A stretch of DNA of 64,000 nucleotides from an uncultured Spirochaetaceae bacterium. GTDB lineage: Bacteria > Myxococcota_A > UBA9160 > UBA4427. The stretch spans positions 143,898 through 207,897 of the forward strand of contig CAYTAT010000002.1 in NCBI GenBank assembly GCA_964435795.1, written 5' to 3'. The position numbers were made by a program, and so were the translations under genes. The notes beneath the pieces were generated by a model. The model had not been told where the DNA came from and made no database searches. It saw nothing but the letters and a program-made list of their open reading frames with translations. Positions 17,332 to 26,835 of this stretch are shown here, in pieces (position 1 is the stretch's first letter; every line of letters begins with the position of its first letter).

Positions 17332-18906
17332 TCATTCGCCCTCGTTGAGCTGTCGGAACCAGGAACGGGTGGTCTTGAAGTAGGAGACAAAGGCTTCGTA
17401 ACGCCGGGAATAGAGTTCACGATATTCCGCTTGAGGTTCGAAGTAGGCCTCGATCTCGACCAGATCGTGCATTTCGTCGAGAGAGTCGATTTCACCCAGG
17501 GCCCTCAGGGCGATCAGTGCCGCTCCGCGAACCCCCGTGAATTGCGGATTCGCGACCCTTTCGATCCGCTTGTCGAGAATATCGGCCATGATCTGGCACC
17601 AGGCATCGCTTTGGGCTCCACCCCCGGTGATTCGCAGTTTCGGCACCTTCTCACCGAGCAATTTTTCGACGACGTCCAGGGCCCAGCGATTGTTGAAGCC
17701 CACGCCTTCGAAGACGGCGCGCAGCAGATGGCGGCGGTCATGATCGAGTCCCAGATTGACGAATCCACCGCGCAGAGCCGATTCATCCACGGGTACGCGT
17801 TCCCCCATCAGCCAGGGGAAGAAGAAGACGCCGTCGGCCCCCGCTTCGCAATCCTCGACCAGGGCGTCGATCGCCTCATAATCGAGAGAGGAATCGAGTA
17901 GCTTTCGACGCACCCATTCGAGGGAAGCTCCGGCCGTCTCCTGGGTGGCGATCAGGATGTATTTGCCGGACTCGGCGGCGCAGAGGGTGCCCGTTGCCGC
18001 GAAGGGATTGACGGCCCGATTGTCGAGATGGGTCGCAACCCAGGAACTCGTGCCCAGGTAGAGGTGTACTTCGCCGTCGCGGACCGCTCCCGATCCCACC
18101 GCACACGAGGGCACATCCCCGGCCCCGCTGACCACGGCGATCCCGGCATGAATGCCGAGATCCTCCGCGGCATCGGCTCGCAGTTCACCCGCGACCGATG
18201 TCGAGGGAATGACCTCGGGCAAGCGCTCCGGATCCAGGCCGAGCATCTGGAGAATTTCCTCCGACCAGCCGAGATTTCCCTTGCGGGTCCTGAAGAGCCA
18301 GCCCCCGCTCGCCAGGTCGTAGCTGGTGGACATGCGGCCGGTACAGCGCATCACCAGGTAGTCCTTTACATCGAGGAGTTTGTAGGTCTGCTCCCAGATG
18401 TCTGGGCGCTGCTCCCGCAGCCAGACGAATTTCGAGGTCGTATCGCGGCCGGCGAGACTCGGCACTCCATTGGTCGTCCGCAGCCATTTGATCAGTCGCG
18501 GCAGGCCATAACCGCTGATCTTCGGATGGCCGTGGGTCATCCTTCGGGCCTGTTCCCGGGAGCGGGTATCCAGCCAGATCATCGCGTTCATCAGGGGTTT
18601 GCCGTCGCGGTCGACGGGCAGGACGCCGAACATCTGGCAGGAGAAGACGATGCTCCGGATCCCGGCCGGATGAAAATTCGGTCTATCGCGCAATTGGCGA
18701 ACCGCGGCACAGATCGCATTCCACCATGCATTCGGATCCTGCTCGGCCCAGCCGGGCTCGGGGTAGAGAACCTCGATCGGCTGGCTGGCGCAATCCCGCA
18801 CCTCGCCCGTGTAGGAGACCAGGGCCACCTTGATCGCCGAGGTGCCTACGTCGACCGCCAGGACATGGTCTTCGCGCGTTTCCGGAGCCAGTGCCAGCAC
18901 AGTCAT
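17332..18906 (-). CDS. FGGY-family carbohydrate/polyol kinase (xylulokinase/glycerol-kinase-like)
   Basis: LAVDVGTSAIKVALV phosphate-1 motif and C-terminal ITGGGAQSDAWCQIMADIL. Start is ATG at 18906; TTG at 18945 is also possible. Confidence 0.85.
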   Translation of the reverse strand: MTVLALAPETREDHVLAVDVGTSAIKVALVSYTGEVRDCASQPIEVLYPEPGWAEQDPNAWWNAICAAVRQLRDRPNFHPAGIRSIVFSCQMFGVLPVDRDGKPLMNAMIWLDTRSREQARRMTHGHPKISGYGLPRLIKWLRTTNGVPSLAGRDTTSKFVWLREQRPDIWEQTYKLLDVKDYLVMRCTGRMSTSYDLASGGWLFRTRKGNLGWSEEILQMLGLDPERLPEVIPSTSVAGELRADAAEDLGIHAGIAVVSGAGDVPSCAVGSGAVRDGEVHLYLGTSSWVATHLDNRAVNPFAATGTLCAAESGKYILIATQETAGASLEWVRRKLLDSSLDYEAIDALVEDCEAGADGVFFFPWLMGERVPVDESALRGGFVNLGLDHDRRHLLRAVFEGVGFNNRWALDVVEKLLGEKVPKLRITGGGAQSDAWCQIMADILDKRIERVANPQFTGVRGAALIALRALGEIDSLDEMHDLVEIEAYFEPQAEYRELYSRRYEAFVSYFKTTRSWFRQLNEGE

Positions 18907-19037
18907 GCGGAAAGGGTAAGGCCTGGGCCCGGAGTCAGCAATCAAGGGAGAAGGGGGTGGTGGTTTGGCGGCCGGGTTTGCAGATGCCGAGCCGAAGTGA
19001 GAGGCTTCTCGGGTGGCGTCATTCAGCGCCGATGGAT

Positions 19038-19772
19038 TCAGCTCGGATTGCTTCCCGGATTCGCGGGATTCCGAGGGCCTTCATCCCGGACGATCCGCCC
19101 GTCGACGAGATGGATCAGCCGATCTGCCTTTTTGAAGACCCGGGCATCCTGGGTGACCATGAGCACGGTGGTGCCTCTCTGGTGGGCGAGTTCCGCCAGG
19201 AGTTCGAGAACAATTTCGGTATTCCCGGCGTCGAGGGCTGCGGTGGGCTCGTCCGCGAGGACCAGTGCGGGGCGGTGGACCAATGCGCGGGCGATGGCCA
19301 CGCGTTGGCGTTGTCCACCCGAAAGCTGGCCCGGTTTGTAGTCGAGACGTTCGCCGAGGCCGAGTCGATCGAGCAATTGGGCGATGTATTTGCCGGGGTC
19401 GGGTCCGAGATCGCCGGCCAGGTCAGCGGCCATCTGCACGCTCTGGAAGGCCGTGAGGGCGGGGAAGAGGTTGTGCAATTGAAAGATGAAACCGAGTTGG
19501 CAGCGATAGCTCTCGAGCCCCGATTCGTCCAGGCGTTTGAGGTCGTGGCCGATGGCGATGAGTCGGCCCTCCTGGGGTCGCCGCAGGGCGCCCACCAGGC
19601 TCAGCAGTGTCGTCTTGCCGGAACCCGAGGGCCCGGTCATGATGGCGAATTCGCCCTCTTCAAGGCGCAGGTCGATTCCGAAGAGAACCTGCTTGCGGGC
19701 CTCCCCCGTGCCGAAGGCATAATTGACGCCCTCGATCTGGATTGCGTCGATGCCTTTGCTCATGCCCTCCAC
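19038..19772 (-). CDS. devA: ABC exporter ATP-binding subunit, DevA-like
   Basis: Walker A GPSGSGKTT, signature LSGGQRQRVAIARAL, Walker B LVLADEPT. Follows the two DevC-like permeases directly. Confidence 0.85.
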   Translation of the reverse strand: MEGMSKGIDAIQIEGVNYAFGTGEARKQVLFGIDLRLEEGEFAIMTGPSGSGKTTLLSLVGALRRPQEGRLIAIGHDLKRLDESGLESYRCQLGFIFQLHNLFPALTAFQSVQMAADLAGDLGPDPGKYIAQLLDRLGLGERLDYKPGQLSGGQRQRVAIARALVHRPALVLADEPTAALDAGNTEIVLELLAELAHQRGTTVLMVTQDARVFKKADRLIHLVDGRIVRDEGPRNPANPGSNPS

Positions 19773-20912
19773 CTAGAAGAGTTCCGCGGGTTCCAGCCGC
19801 TGGATGTTGCGCAGGGCCAGCATTCCCGCCAGGGTGCACATGCCGAAGGAGAGCAGCCCGACACCCAGGATGTCGCCCAGACTCAGGGAAGCGGGCAGGC
19901 CGCTGCTGATGCCCAGGCCCGCCAGCAACACGCCTCCCAGAACGATGGAGGGGATGAAGCCCAGCATCGAGAGCTGGGCCGCCTCGGCGATGACGACGAG
20001 TTTGATGTAGCGATCGCTATAGCCCATGGCCTTCAGCGTGGCGAACTCCACTAGATGATCGATGACTTCCGTATAGAGGATCTGATAACAGATCGCGATG
20101 CCTACCCCGAAGCCGAGGGCGACTCCGACGAGTAGGAAAATGCTGATGGGCGTGCCCTGCTCCCAGTAGCGAAGATTGTCTTCGATCAGACTCTCCTTCG
20201 CGTAGGCGCGAACATCCCCGGGCAAGATCTCGGAAAGCGTCGTCAGGACCTTCGCCGGATTCGCGCCCTTTTCGAGCTTGAGCAGGGCCGCTTCCACCTC
20301 TCGGCTGCCGTCATGGGTTAATTCGAAATAGGTTTCGTCGGAGACGAGCAGGCTGCCGTCGACCTCGAAATCCGTGCCGAGGGCAAAGGTTCCGACGATT
20401 TCGATCTGATGGCGACTGACCTGGGCGGGTCCCGCCTCGAGGCGGCCATAGGAATCCCGGGAGAGTTTGTCGATCAGGGCCGTTCCCTTACGCTTCAGTT
20501 TTTCCGCGTTTTCGTTCACGGCATCGATCAGGAAGGTGGGTTTTTCCGGGTCGAATCCGATTACTCGAATCGGGTGAAGCGTATTCTGCTCCAGATTCTT
20601 CCACTGTTCGAGGGACATCCAGACGGGTGCGGCAGAGGCCACGCCCGGAACCGAGAGCGCCTGGTAGAGCCTTTCGGCCGGCATCCTATCCCGCGCCAGG
20701 AAGGGATGCTTGCCCTTGTTGATCACGATGATGTCGGCGTCGAGGCGTCTCAGTTGCTCGACCGAACTGTCGAGGAGGGCATTGCGGAAGCCGAGTTGGA
20801 GCAGCATCAGCAGCAGGGCGAAGGTGATGCCCCCCGTAGAGGCCAACAGTCGACTCCGCTCATGGAGCAGGAGCCGACGCGAAAAGCGCAGGGCTTTCGA
20901 AATATTCTGCAT
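19773..20912 (-). CDS. devC: ABC exporter permease, DevC/FtsX-like (paralog 2)
   Basis: N-terminal TM, large periplasmic domain, then a C-terminal FtsX-type 3-TM bundle (ATLKAMGYSDRYI...). ATG overlaps the upstream stop (TGATG, 20910-20914). Confidence 0.8.
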   Translation of the reverse strand: MQNISKALRFSRRLLLHERSRLLASTGGITFALLLMLLQLGFRNALLDSSVEQLRRLDADIIVINKGKHPFLARDRMPAERLYQALSVPGVASAAPVWMSLEQWKNLEQNTLHPIRVIGFDPEKPTFLIDAVNENAEKLKRKGTALIDKLSRDSYGRLEAGPAQVSRHQIEIVGTFALGTDFEVDGSLLVSDETYFELTHDGSREVEAALLKLEKGANPAKVLTTLSEILPGDVRAYAKESLIEDNLRYWEQGTPISIFLLVGVALGFGVGIAICYQILYTEVIDHLVEFATLKAMGYSDRYIKLVVIAEAAQLSMLGFIPSIVLGGVLLAGLGISSGLPASLSLGDILGVGLLSFGMCTLAGMLALRNIQRLEPAELF

Positions 20913-22096
20913 CAGAAGAGTTCCGCGGGGTCGGCCCGTTGGAGCCTTCGCGCCGAGAGCAGCGCGGAAAGACTGCACATGAGCAAGCTCGCGATCAGAA
21001 CCCCTGCCGCGAGGCCGGGGCTGAGAAAAATCGGAAGGTGGGTCAAGCCCTCGATCACGGGGAAGGTAGCGAGGCCGACGAGCAGTGCCGGTCCATAGCC
21101 GAGCAGGGCGTAGATCCAGGCCTGCTCAAGGATGTAGCGCTTGAGCCGAAGCTGGGAATAACCCATCGCTCTCAGCGTCGCGTAGAGGGGCAGTTGATTG
21201 CGAATATCGGCCGAGAGAATCTGGAAGAGCACGACGACTCCAACGAAGAAGCCCGCGACGGCCCCCATGCCGAAGATGTCACCCACGGCCGTATTGTCCA
21301 CCCAATGCAGGGTCTGGTAGGCACTCAACTCCGAGCGCGTGACCACTCTCACATCGGGCGGGAGGATTTCGCCCAGGGCCTTCGCGGCGGCTTCGGGATC
21401 CCCGTCGGGATGCAGTTTGAGCAGGCCCAGGTGGGGACGGTCGAGGGGATGCCCCCGGAAGAAGTGGGCAAAACTATCATCGCTCACCACCATGGCGCCG
21501 TCGGCCAGGAAGCCCACCCCGAGGTCGAAATGGCCCACGACCCGGGCGGCGACGTCGCGGATTTCGGTCCGGCCCTCGGGGTCCACGGGGCCGCATTTCT
21601 CGTGGGTGGAGCGGTCGAGGAGCAGGGTATCCATCGCCTTCAATGCTTCGAGTTGATCCGTCAGTGCGGGCAATCGGAGGGGGAGGGCCACTTCGGCTTC
21701 GGCCAGGGGAAAGCCGATCGCGAAGAGGCGGCAGGAATTCCCGCTGCCGGGATCGCGCCAATTCGCATAGCGGAAGTAGATGGGGGTGGCGCTCGCGACG
21801 TCGGGGTGGGCCAGGGCCTGGTAGAGGCGGCTGCGGGGGATCGTTCCCGTTTCGCCCAGGTAGACGAAACTCGGCGAGATCAGCATCAATTCCGCGTCGA
21901 AACGCTCCGAGACGGCCAGGGCCGTGTTGAAGACGGCGCCATAGAATCCGAGTTGTATGAAGACGACCAGGATCGCAAAGCCCACGCCGACAGTGGCCAC
22001 GGCGGTACGCGTCTTCCGATGTGATAGGAGCTGACGCGCAAAGGGGACGGGCCGAAGGCGTCGCGAGGAGGGCTCATGGGTTGGCGATTCCGTCAA
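20912..22096 (-). CDS. devC: ABC exporter permease, DevC/FtsX-like (paralog 1)
   Basis: Same architecture (ATLRAMGYSQLRL...). TTG start overlaps the devB-like stop (TTGA, 22093-22096). Confidence 0.8.
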   Translation of the reverse strand: MTESPTHEPSSRRLRPVPFARQLLSHRKTRTAVATVGVGFAILVVFIQLGFYGAVFNTALAVSERFDAELMLISPSFVYLGETGTIPRSRLYQALAHPDVASATPIYFRYANWRDPGSGNSCRLFAIGFPLAEAEVALPLRLPALTDQLEALKAMDTLLLDRSTHEKCGPVDPEGRTEIRDVAARVVGHFDLGVGFLADGAMVVSDDSFAHFFRGHPLDRPHLGLLKLHPDGDPEAAAKALGEILPPDVRVVTRSELSAYQTLHWVDNTAVGDIFGMGAVAGFFVGVVVLFQILSADIRNQLPLYATLRAMGYSQLRLKRYILEQAWIYALLGYGPALLVGLATFPVIEGLTHLPIFLSPGLAAGVLIASLLMCSLSALLSARRLQRADPAELF

Positions 22097-23088
22097 GGTT
22101 GTTCGCGGTCCTCGAGGTGAATTCGCAGTTGGCCCTCGAGGTGGGTCATCTTCCGGGCCAACTCGTTTGGTTCCAGGCGCACGCGAACTTCGACCACGCG
22201 CAGGCCCCGGGGTGCCGTGGGATCCTCACCGATCACATTGTTGCTGAAGATCATCTGTCCGACCGAGTCCACCTGGCCCGAAAGCGCATCGGGCAGGGCG
22301 GGGCTGCTGAAGACCGCCCGCTGTCCCACCCGAACCAATCGAATTTCATTGGCGTGCACTTCGGCCACGGCCATCATGGTCTGGGTGGCCGCGATGCTGA
22401 CGACGGGGTTCTGATCGACGCGCTCCCCCTCGCGAATCCTCACTCGCAGTACACGTCCGTTCAGCGGGGAACGAATCATGGTCTGCTCCAAGCGGGCTTC
22501 GGCCTGCTGGACCCTATTCTCCGCTTCGCGTCGGGCGAGGTCGAGGTTCGCGATGCGTCTTTCGAGCAGCGCGTTGCTCTCATTCAACTGCTCCTCGGCC
22601 CGGAGAACCTGCAGTTGCGCCTCGCGAAATTCCTTGCCGGCGCTGAAGCCCTTCTCACTCAGCCCCTCCTGGCTGCTGACCTCATCCTTCGCGTAGTCGA
22701 GTTCGGCCTGAACCGCCCGAATTCGCGCCTTCTGGGCCTCGATCTCGAGTGGCCCGAGGTCGGCGCGCTCCAACTCGATCCGGGCGGCATCGAGTTCCGC
22801 GGCCCGCAACTCGTAGCTCTCGAGCAGGACCAGGACCTGGCTTTCCGTCACCTCGCTTCCATCCTGGACGAGGACCTGCCGGACCACGTCGCTGGCCCCG
22901 GCGGCGACGTTGACGACACCGCTCGCGGGCTCAAGTCGGGCCAGGGAAACGAGGCTCTCGCGCTCTGCGGCTTCTTTGGCGCGTGCCTCGCTGGCCACCA
23001 GGGGGCCCTCGCCGCCAGGCACGAGGGCGTGGAGGGCGATTCCGATGAGCAGGAGCCATCCGATCCAGCGGGCCCGGATGCGGGGCAT
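22093..23088 (-). CDS. devB: HlyD/DevB-family membrane fusion (periplasmic adaptor) protein
   Basis: TM anchor MPRIRARWIGWLLLIGIALHAL, long coiled coil (AAELDAARIELERADLG...EAQLQVLRAEEQL) and the RSPLNGRVLRVRIREGERV lipoyl/barrel motif. Start uncertain: 23088 or 23169. Confidence 0.8.
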   Translation of the reverse strand: MPRIRARWIGWLLLIGIALHALVPGGEGPLVASEARAKEAAERESLVSLARLEPASGVVNVAAGASDVVRQVLVQDGSEVTESQVLVLLESYELRAAELDAARIELERADLGPLEIEAQKARIRAVQAELDYAKDEVSSQEGLSEKGFSAGKEFREAQLQVLRAEEQLNESNALLERRIANLDLARREAENRVQQAEARLEQTMIRSPLNGRVLRVRIREGERVDQNPVVSIAATQTMMAVAEVHANEIRLVRVGQRAVFSSPALPDALSGQVDSVGQMIFSNNVIGEDPTAPRGLRVVEVRVRLEPNELARKMTHLEGQLRIHLEDREQP

Positions 23089-23624
23089 GGCCCCGAGGGA
23101 TCGACGGGCCTGCCTCGGTGTGGGGAGCGAGTCTGTATCCCCCGGGCGAGGGGAACTTCCGGTGGCCATACATCTCCAGCGGCTGAGCTTTTTCAGAGGC
23201 TGGGCGAGCCAGCGAGAGCGGCGGGCGTGTGGGGGGCAGTATAGGGGGCGGGTCCTCGGAGTCGCTAGCAACTCGCCAGAAGAAGCCCCGCCGCCGGATT
23301 CTCCTCGAGATCAGCGCCGCCCCGGGGTGCGAGTGCAGCGAGGGGCAGGGCCCGCCAGCCAGCCCTGGAGCGCCGCGATCACGGGCGTTTTCGGAAGATT
23401 CGGGTGTAATTGCCCTCGTCTGAGTCCCCCTGAGGTGCGGATCGGGTCGTGGAACTCCCGGATGGGAGTCGCGTGGTCCCAGGGGAACTTGCTGCAAGGG
23501 CGGAATCCGGTCGCCCGGGCTGCGCGGGATCTCGTTGCGGCGCCGCTCGCGGGGTCTCGCCGCGATGCCGGAAAGCGAATCCTCGATGCCGCGGCCGATC
23601 CCGCGATTCGCCGCGGTAGATTCG

Positions 23625-25085
23625 CTAGGCCGCAGGGGTGTCCGGGGATCCATTTCGCCGCCACACCGTTCGCCCCCCCACCAGGGTTGCACGGACGTCG
23701 TCGCCATCGAGTCGCTCCCGGGCCCGACTCCAGGGTCGATCGAGAAGCAGCAGGTCCGCCGGGGCGCCCCGGGTCAGGACTGCCAGGCTCTGACCCGGAT
23801 GCTCGAGGGGAGAGGTGAAGAGTGCCAGCGCCTCTTCGGCGGTCAATGCCTCTGCGGGATCCATCTCGGCGCCTCCTGCGGAGCGACGCTCGACGGCTGC
23901 TCGCATGGCTGCCCAGGGGTCGCAGTTCCCGAAGGGCGCATCCGTGCCGCCCGCGAGCGGAAGTCCGGCGCTGAGGAATGCCCGGCCCCGATAGAGCCAG
24001 GGGTGATCGCGAGGTTCGACCTCCCGGAGGTAGGCATCTCCGCGCTCGTGCAGGAAATTGGGCTGGGTGACGACGGTCGCTCGCAGTCTGGCCAGGCATT
24101 CGATCAGGTCCGGGGGTGCCAGGCTGGCATGTTCGATGCGATCCCGCCCGAGGCTGCCGGCTCGCTCCAGCGCGCTCGCCGCGACGAGGAGTTCGGCGCG
24201 CGTAACGCAATGAAAGGCCACACCACGCCCGGCGCCATGCGCCCGGCGAATCTGCGCGACCAGATGTTCTTCCTCGGGCAATGAATTCTCATCCAGCAGG
24301 ATCTTCAGGGCTCCGCGTTTGATGCGAGGATGTCGGGGCCGAGGCAGATCGAGGCCTCCCATCAGCAGCAGCCGCTGGCGCAGGCGGTCGTCGGCCACGG
24401 CTGCGGTGAAAATATCGAGGGTCTCGGCTCCATTTCCCGGCGTCGCGTCGCAGACTCCCGTCACCCCCAGGGCCGAAAGGCTGCGCCCCACCTCTTTCAG
24501 GTCGGGAATGCGACTCTCGCCCCGGCTCGCCAACCGATCCCGCAACCAGCTGTCCAGCCGGTAGAGACGGCCCGTGGGTCTTCCGGCGGCGTCGCATTCC
24601 ATTCCGGATGGCCTCGCCTCTCCGGGCTCGAGGCCGAGTCTTTCGAGGCCGGCGGAGTTCAGCATCCACAGGGCCCCGCTGCGATGTTGAACGCGCAGGG
24701 GCAGCTGGCCCACGGAGCGGTCGAGGATGTGGCGATCCAGGCTGCCGGCCACGCTTTCATGATATCCGACGCCCCGCAGCCAGGGCCGCTGCTCGCCCGA
24801 GCGATCCATCTCGGCGGCCGCTCGGGCCAGGAGATTCCGAAATTCCGGGGCGTCTCGGACCTGCGGCGGTCCACAGCGAAGGGATCGGCGGGCGGCCGCC
24901 AGGGCCAGCAGGTGCAGATGGTGATCTCTCAGTCCCGGCAGCAGTGCTCCGCCACCGGCGTCCAGTAGATCCTCCCCGGCCTCGGGCGCCAGGGGCCAGC
25001 CCCATTCCTGGATGCGCCCGTCTCGAATGCGGACGTCGAGTTTCTGTCCTCCCACGTCGGCTGACGCGATGCGAAGGAGTTTCAA
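23625..25085 (-). CDS. Metal-dependent amidohydrolase (amidohydrolase_3-like)
   Basis: LLPGLRDHHLHLL (HxH metal site) and C-terminal GGTDAPFGNCDPW. Only the C-terminal 486 aa of the 937-aa ORF look real. TTG start overlaps the upstream stop (TTGA, 25082-25085). Confidence 0.75.
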   Translation of the reverse strand: MKLLRIASADVGGQKLDVRIRDGRIQEWGWPLAPEAGEDLLDAGGGALLPGLRDHHLHLLALAAARRSLRCGPPQVRDAPEFRNLLARAAAEMDRSGEQRPWLRGVGYHESVAGSLDRHILDRSVGQLPLRVQHRSGALWMLNSAGLERLGLEPGEARPSGMECDAAGRPTGRLYRLDSWLRDRLASRGESRIPDLKEVGRSLSALGVTGVCDATPGNGAETLDIFTAAVADDRLRQRLLLMGGLDLPRPRHPRIKRGALKILLDENSLPEEEHLVAQIRRAHGAGRGVAFHCVTRAELLVAASALERAGSLGRDRIEHASLAPPDLIECLARLRATVVTQPNFLHERGDAYLREVEPRDHPWLYRGRAFLSAGLPLAGGTDAPFGNCDPWAAMRAAVERRSAGGAEMDPAEALTAEEALALFTSPLEHPGQSLAVLTRGAPADLLLLDRPWSRARERLDGDDVRATLVGGRTVWRRNGSPDTPAA

Positions 25086-26515
25086 CTCCGTTCCCCCGGC
25101 ATTCCATTCCGCTCGTCTCTGCCGAGCAGAGCGGCGTTGTCGGCGCCGAAGGGACGCGCGCGCCCCCGGGCCCTGCGAGCGCGCGGGGCCGCCACGGCCT
25201 CCCGTCGCCCGGCGGAGACGAGCCAGCCCTCTCCCCCCGCTCCGCCCCGTTCCGCTGGCCCGTATTCGACGACCCCGGCCGGAGAATTTCCGGGGCATTG
25301 CAGCGCATGGGCGGTCACGCCGAGCAGGGAGACATCGAGGAGTCCCCCGACGCCACTCCGATGCCGGGCGAGCGCGGCCACCGCGGCGTGCAGGCCGGTC
25401 AGGGGATCCGCGATGGCATCGCCGCAGAAAAGCGGAGGGGAAGCTTTCGCATCCGGGGCGATCGCGGCGCCCGCCGCGACGGCGACATCGTCTCCGAAGC
25501 CCACCCAATGGTCCCGGGGAGTGTGACGTCCGTAGGCGGTGATCGAGAGCCAGGTCAGCCCGGGCCGCTTCCGCACCCAGGCCGCGGCGTCGATCCCCAA
25601 TTGTTCCAACGCCCGGGGGCGCGAACTCTCGACGACGATGTCGGCTCCCTCGATCAGTTCCCGGAGTCTTCGCAGCCCGTCGTCTTGTGCGAAGTCGAGA
25701 ACGACGCTGGCCTTCTCCCCATTCAGGAGATCGAAGAATTCGGCTGGGCCGCGGCGCGCGCCGTCGGGTCGCTGTCGACTTTCGAGCTTCACGACTCGGG
25801 CGCCGGCGAGGCCGAGGAGTTGGGCGCAGAGCGGGCCCGCCCAGAGGGAGGAGAGATCCAGCACCCGGGGTTCGTTCGCGAGCGGATGCCCTGCGCGGCG
25901 CCCCTGTGACTGGACTTCGAGCCAGGGCCGAGACGAGGCGAGTGGTGCTGAGCCCGCGGGTGCTACGGCCAGCCCCAGGCAATGGGCCCGTTCGAGCCAG
26001 GCTTCGCCGCGTCGAGCAGGCAGGCAGCGCGAGATCAGATGCCAGGCTTCCTCGTCGGGCCGGGGCTCCGCCTCCAGCCAGGCCGGCAGCAATTCGCGAT
26101 CCGCGCTTCGCGGGAGATTGACCGCGAGCCAGCCGTCGCGACTCGCCAGGAAACGACAGCCGCCTCCCGGGGAGATGGATCCCCTTCGCTCGAGGCCCGA
26201 GAGGGCGGCTCGCTCTCCCAGCAGTGCCGGCCCGTCGAGATTGGCGAGGGCCCGGCTCTCCGGGGCCAGCCGGGCCAGCGCCCTGGCCGCTCCCCGGGCG
26301 GAGAGGGCGAGGGGCCCCGGGGCCGTTTTCGGGGCCTCTCCGGGCCTGCCCGTCAGGGCCATGGCCCCGGATCGCGCCCATTCGAGCGCGGAATCGGCGT
26401 CGAGAAGGGTGGGGATTTCGAGTCCCGGCAGCCCGCAATCCGCCAGCAGTCGGCGCGCGTACTCAGTCGCTGGAGCGATTTCGAGATCCGGGGGGGCTGG
26501 GATCGTCTGCTGCAA
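25082..26515 (-). CDS. Family III (CaiB/BaiF) CoA-transferase with unusual domain order
   Basis: The Rossmann entry motif VLDLSSLWAGPLCAQLLGLAGARVVKLESRQRPDG appears only at about aa 218. It is followed by ADIVVESSRPRALEQLG, ITAYG and GDAIADPLTGLHAAVAAL. The N-terminal 200 aa resemble the family's small domain. Confidence 0.75.
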   Translation of the reverse strand: MQQTIPAPPDLEIAPATEYARRLLADCGLPGLEIPTLLDADSALEWARSGAMALTGRPGEAPKTAPGPLALSARGAARALARLAPESRALANLDGPALLGERAALSGLERRGSISPGGGCRFLASRDGWLAVNLPRSADRELLPAWLEAEPRPDEEAWHLISRCLPARRGEAWLERAHCLGLAVAPAGSAPLASSRPWLEVQSQGRRAGHPLANEPRVLDLSSLWAGPLCAQLLGLAGARVVKLESRQRPDGARRGPAEFFDLLNGEKASVVLDFAQDDGLRRLRELIEGADIVVESSRPRALEQLGIDAAAWVRKRPGLTWLSITAYGRHTPRDHWVGFGDDVAVAAGAAIAPDAKASPPLFCGDAIADPLTGLHAAVAALARHRSGVGGLLDVSLLGVTAHALQCPGNSPAGVVEYGPAERGGAGGEGWLVSAGRREAVAAPRARRARGRARPFGADNAALLGRDERNGMPGERS

Positions 26516-26562
26516 GGGGGAACTCCCTGAAGTCCATCGGGGTCGGCATGGAATCGCGCAAT

Positions 26563-26577
26563 TTCAGTCCGACTGAA
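26563..26577. promoter_or_regulatory. Perfect 7-1-7 inverted repeat TTCAGTC-C-GACTGAA in a divergent promoter region (candidate operator)
   Basis: Read directly. It lies in the AT-richer 320-bp gap between the divergent CoA-transferase (-) and small-protein/ligase operon (+). Confidence 0.35.
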
Positions 26578-26835
26578 TAGAGCTATACGATGGATTCTCA
26601 AGGCTAACATCGGAGGCTGATTACAGCTATTTTCCGGCCCCCGGCCGGGGATCGAGTGGCGAATTTTACAATAGAGTCTCATCGGCCTCGTATTCAGCTA
26701 CTCGTCGAGGGGCCGAAGCGAGCCCGAGCCGGCGCTGCAAATTTTGAACTCGGGATTGGGCGGCGGGCTTCCTCGGCTCGCAGGGAAAATGGACGAGAGA
26801 TCAACCTGATCAATCAGGAGAAAGGAAGAGCGAGT

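Noticed and set aside
25086-26438. N-terminal 450 aa or so of the 937-aa minus-strand ORF
   Set aside because: It is extremely Arg/Pro/Gly-rich. It overlaps, in another frame, the CoA-transferase gene, which has clear family motifs. Only the C-terminal amidohydrolase part (from TTG 25085) looks real.
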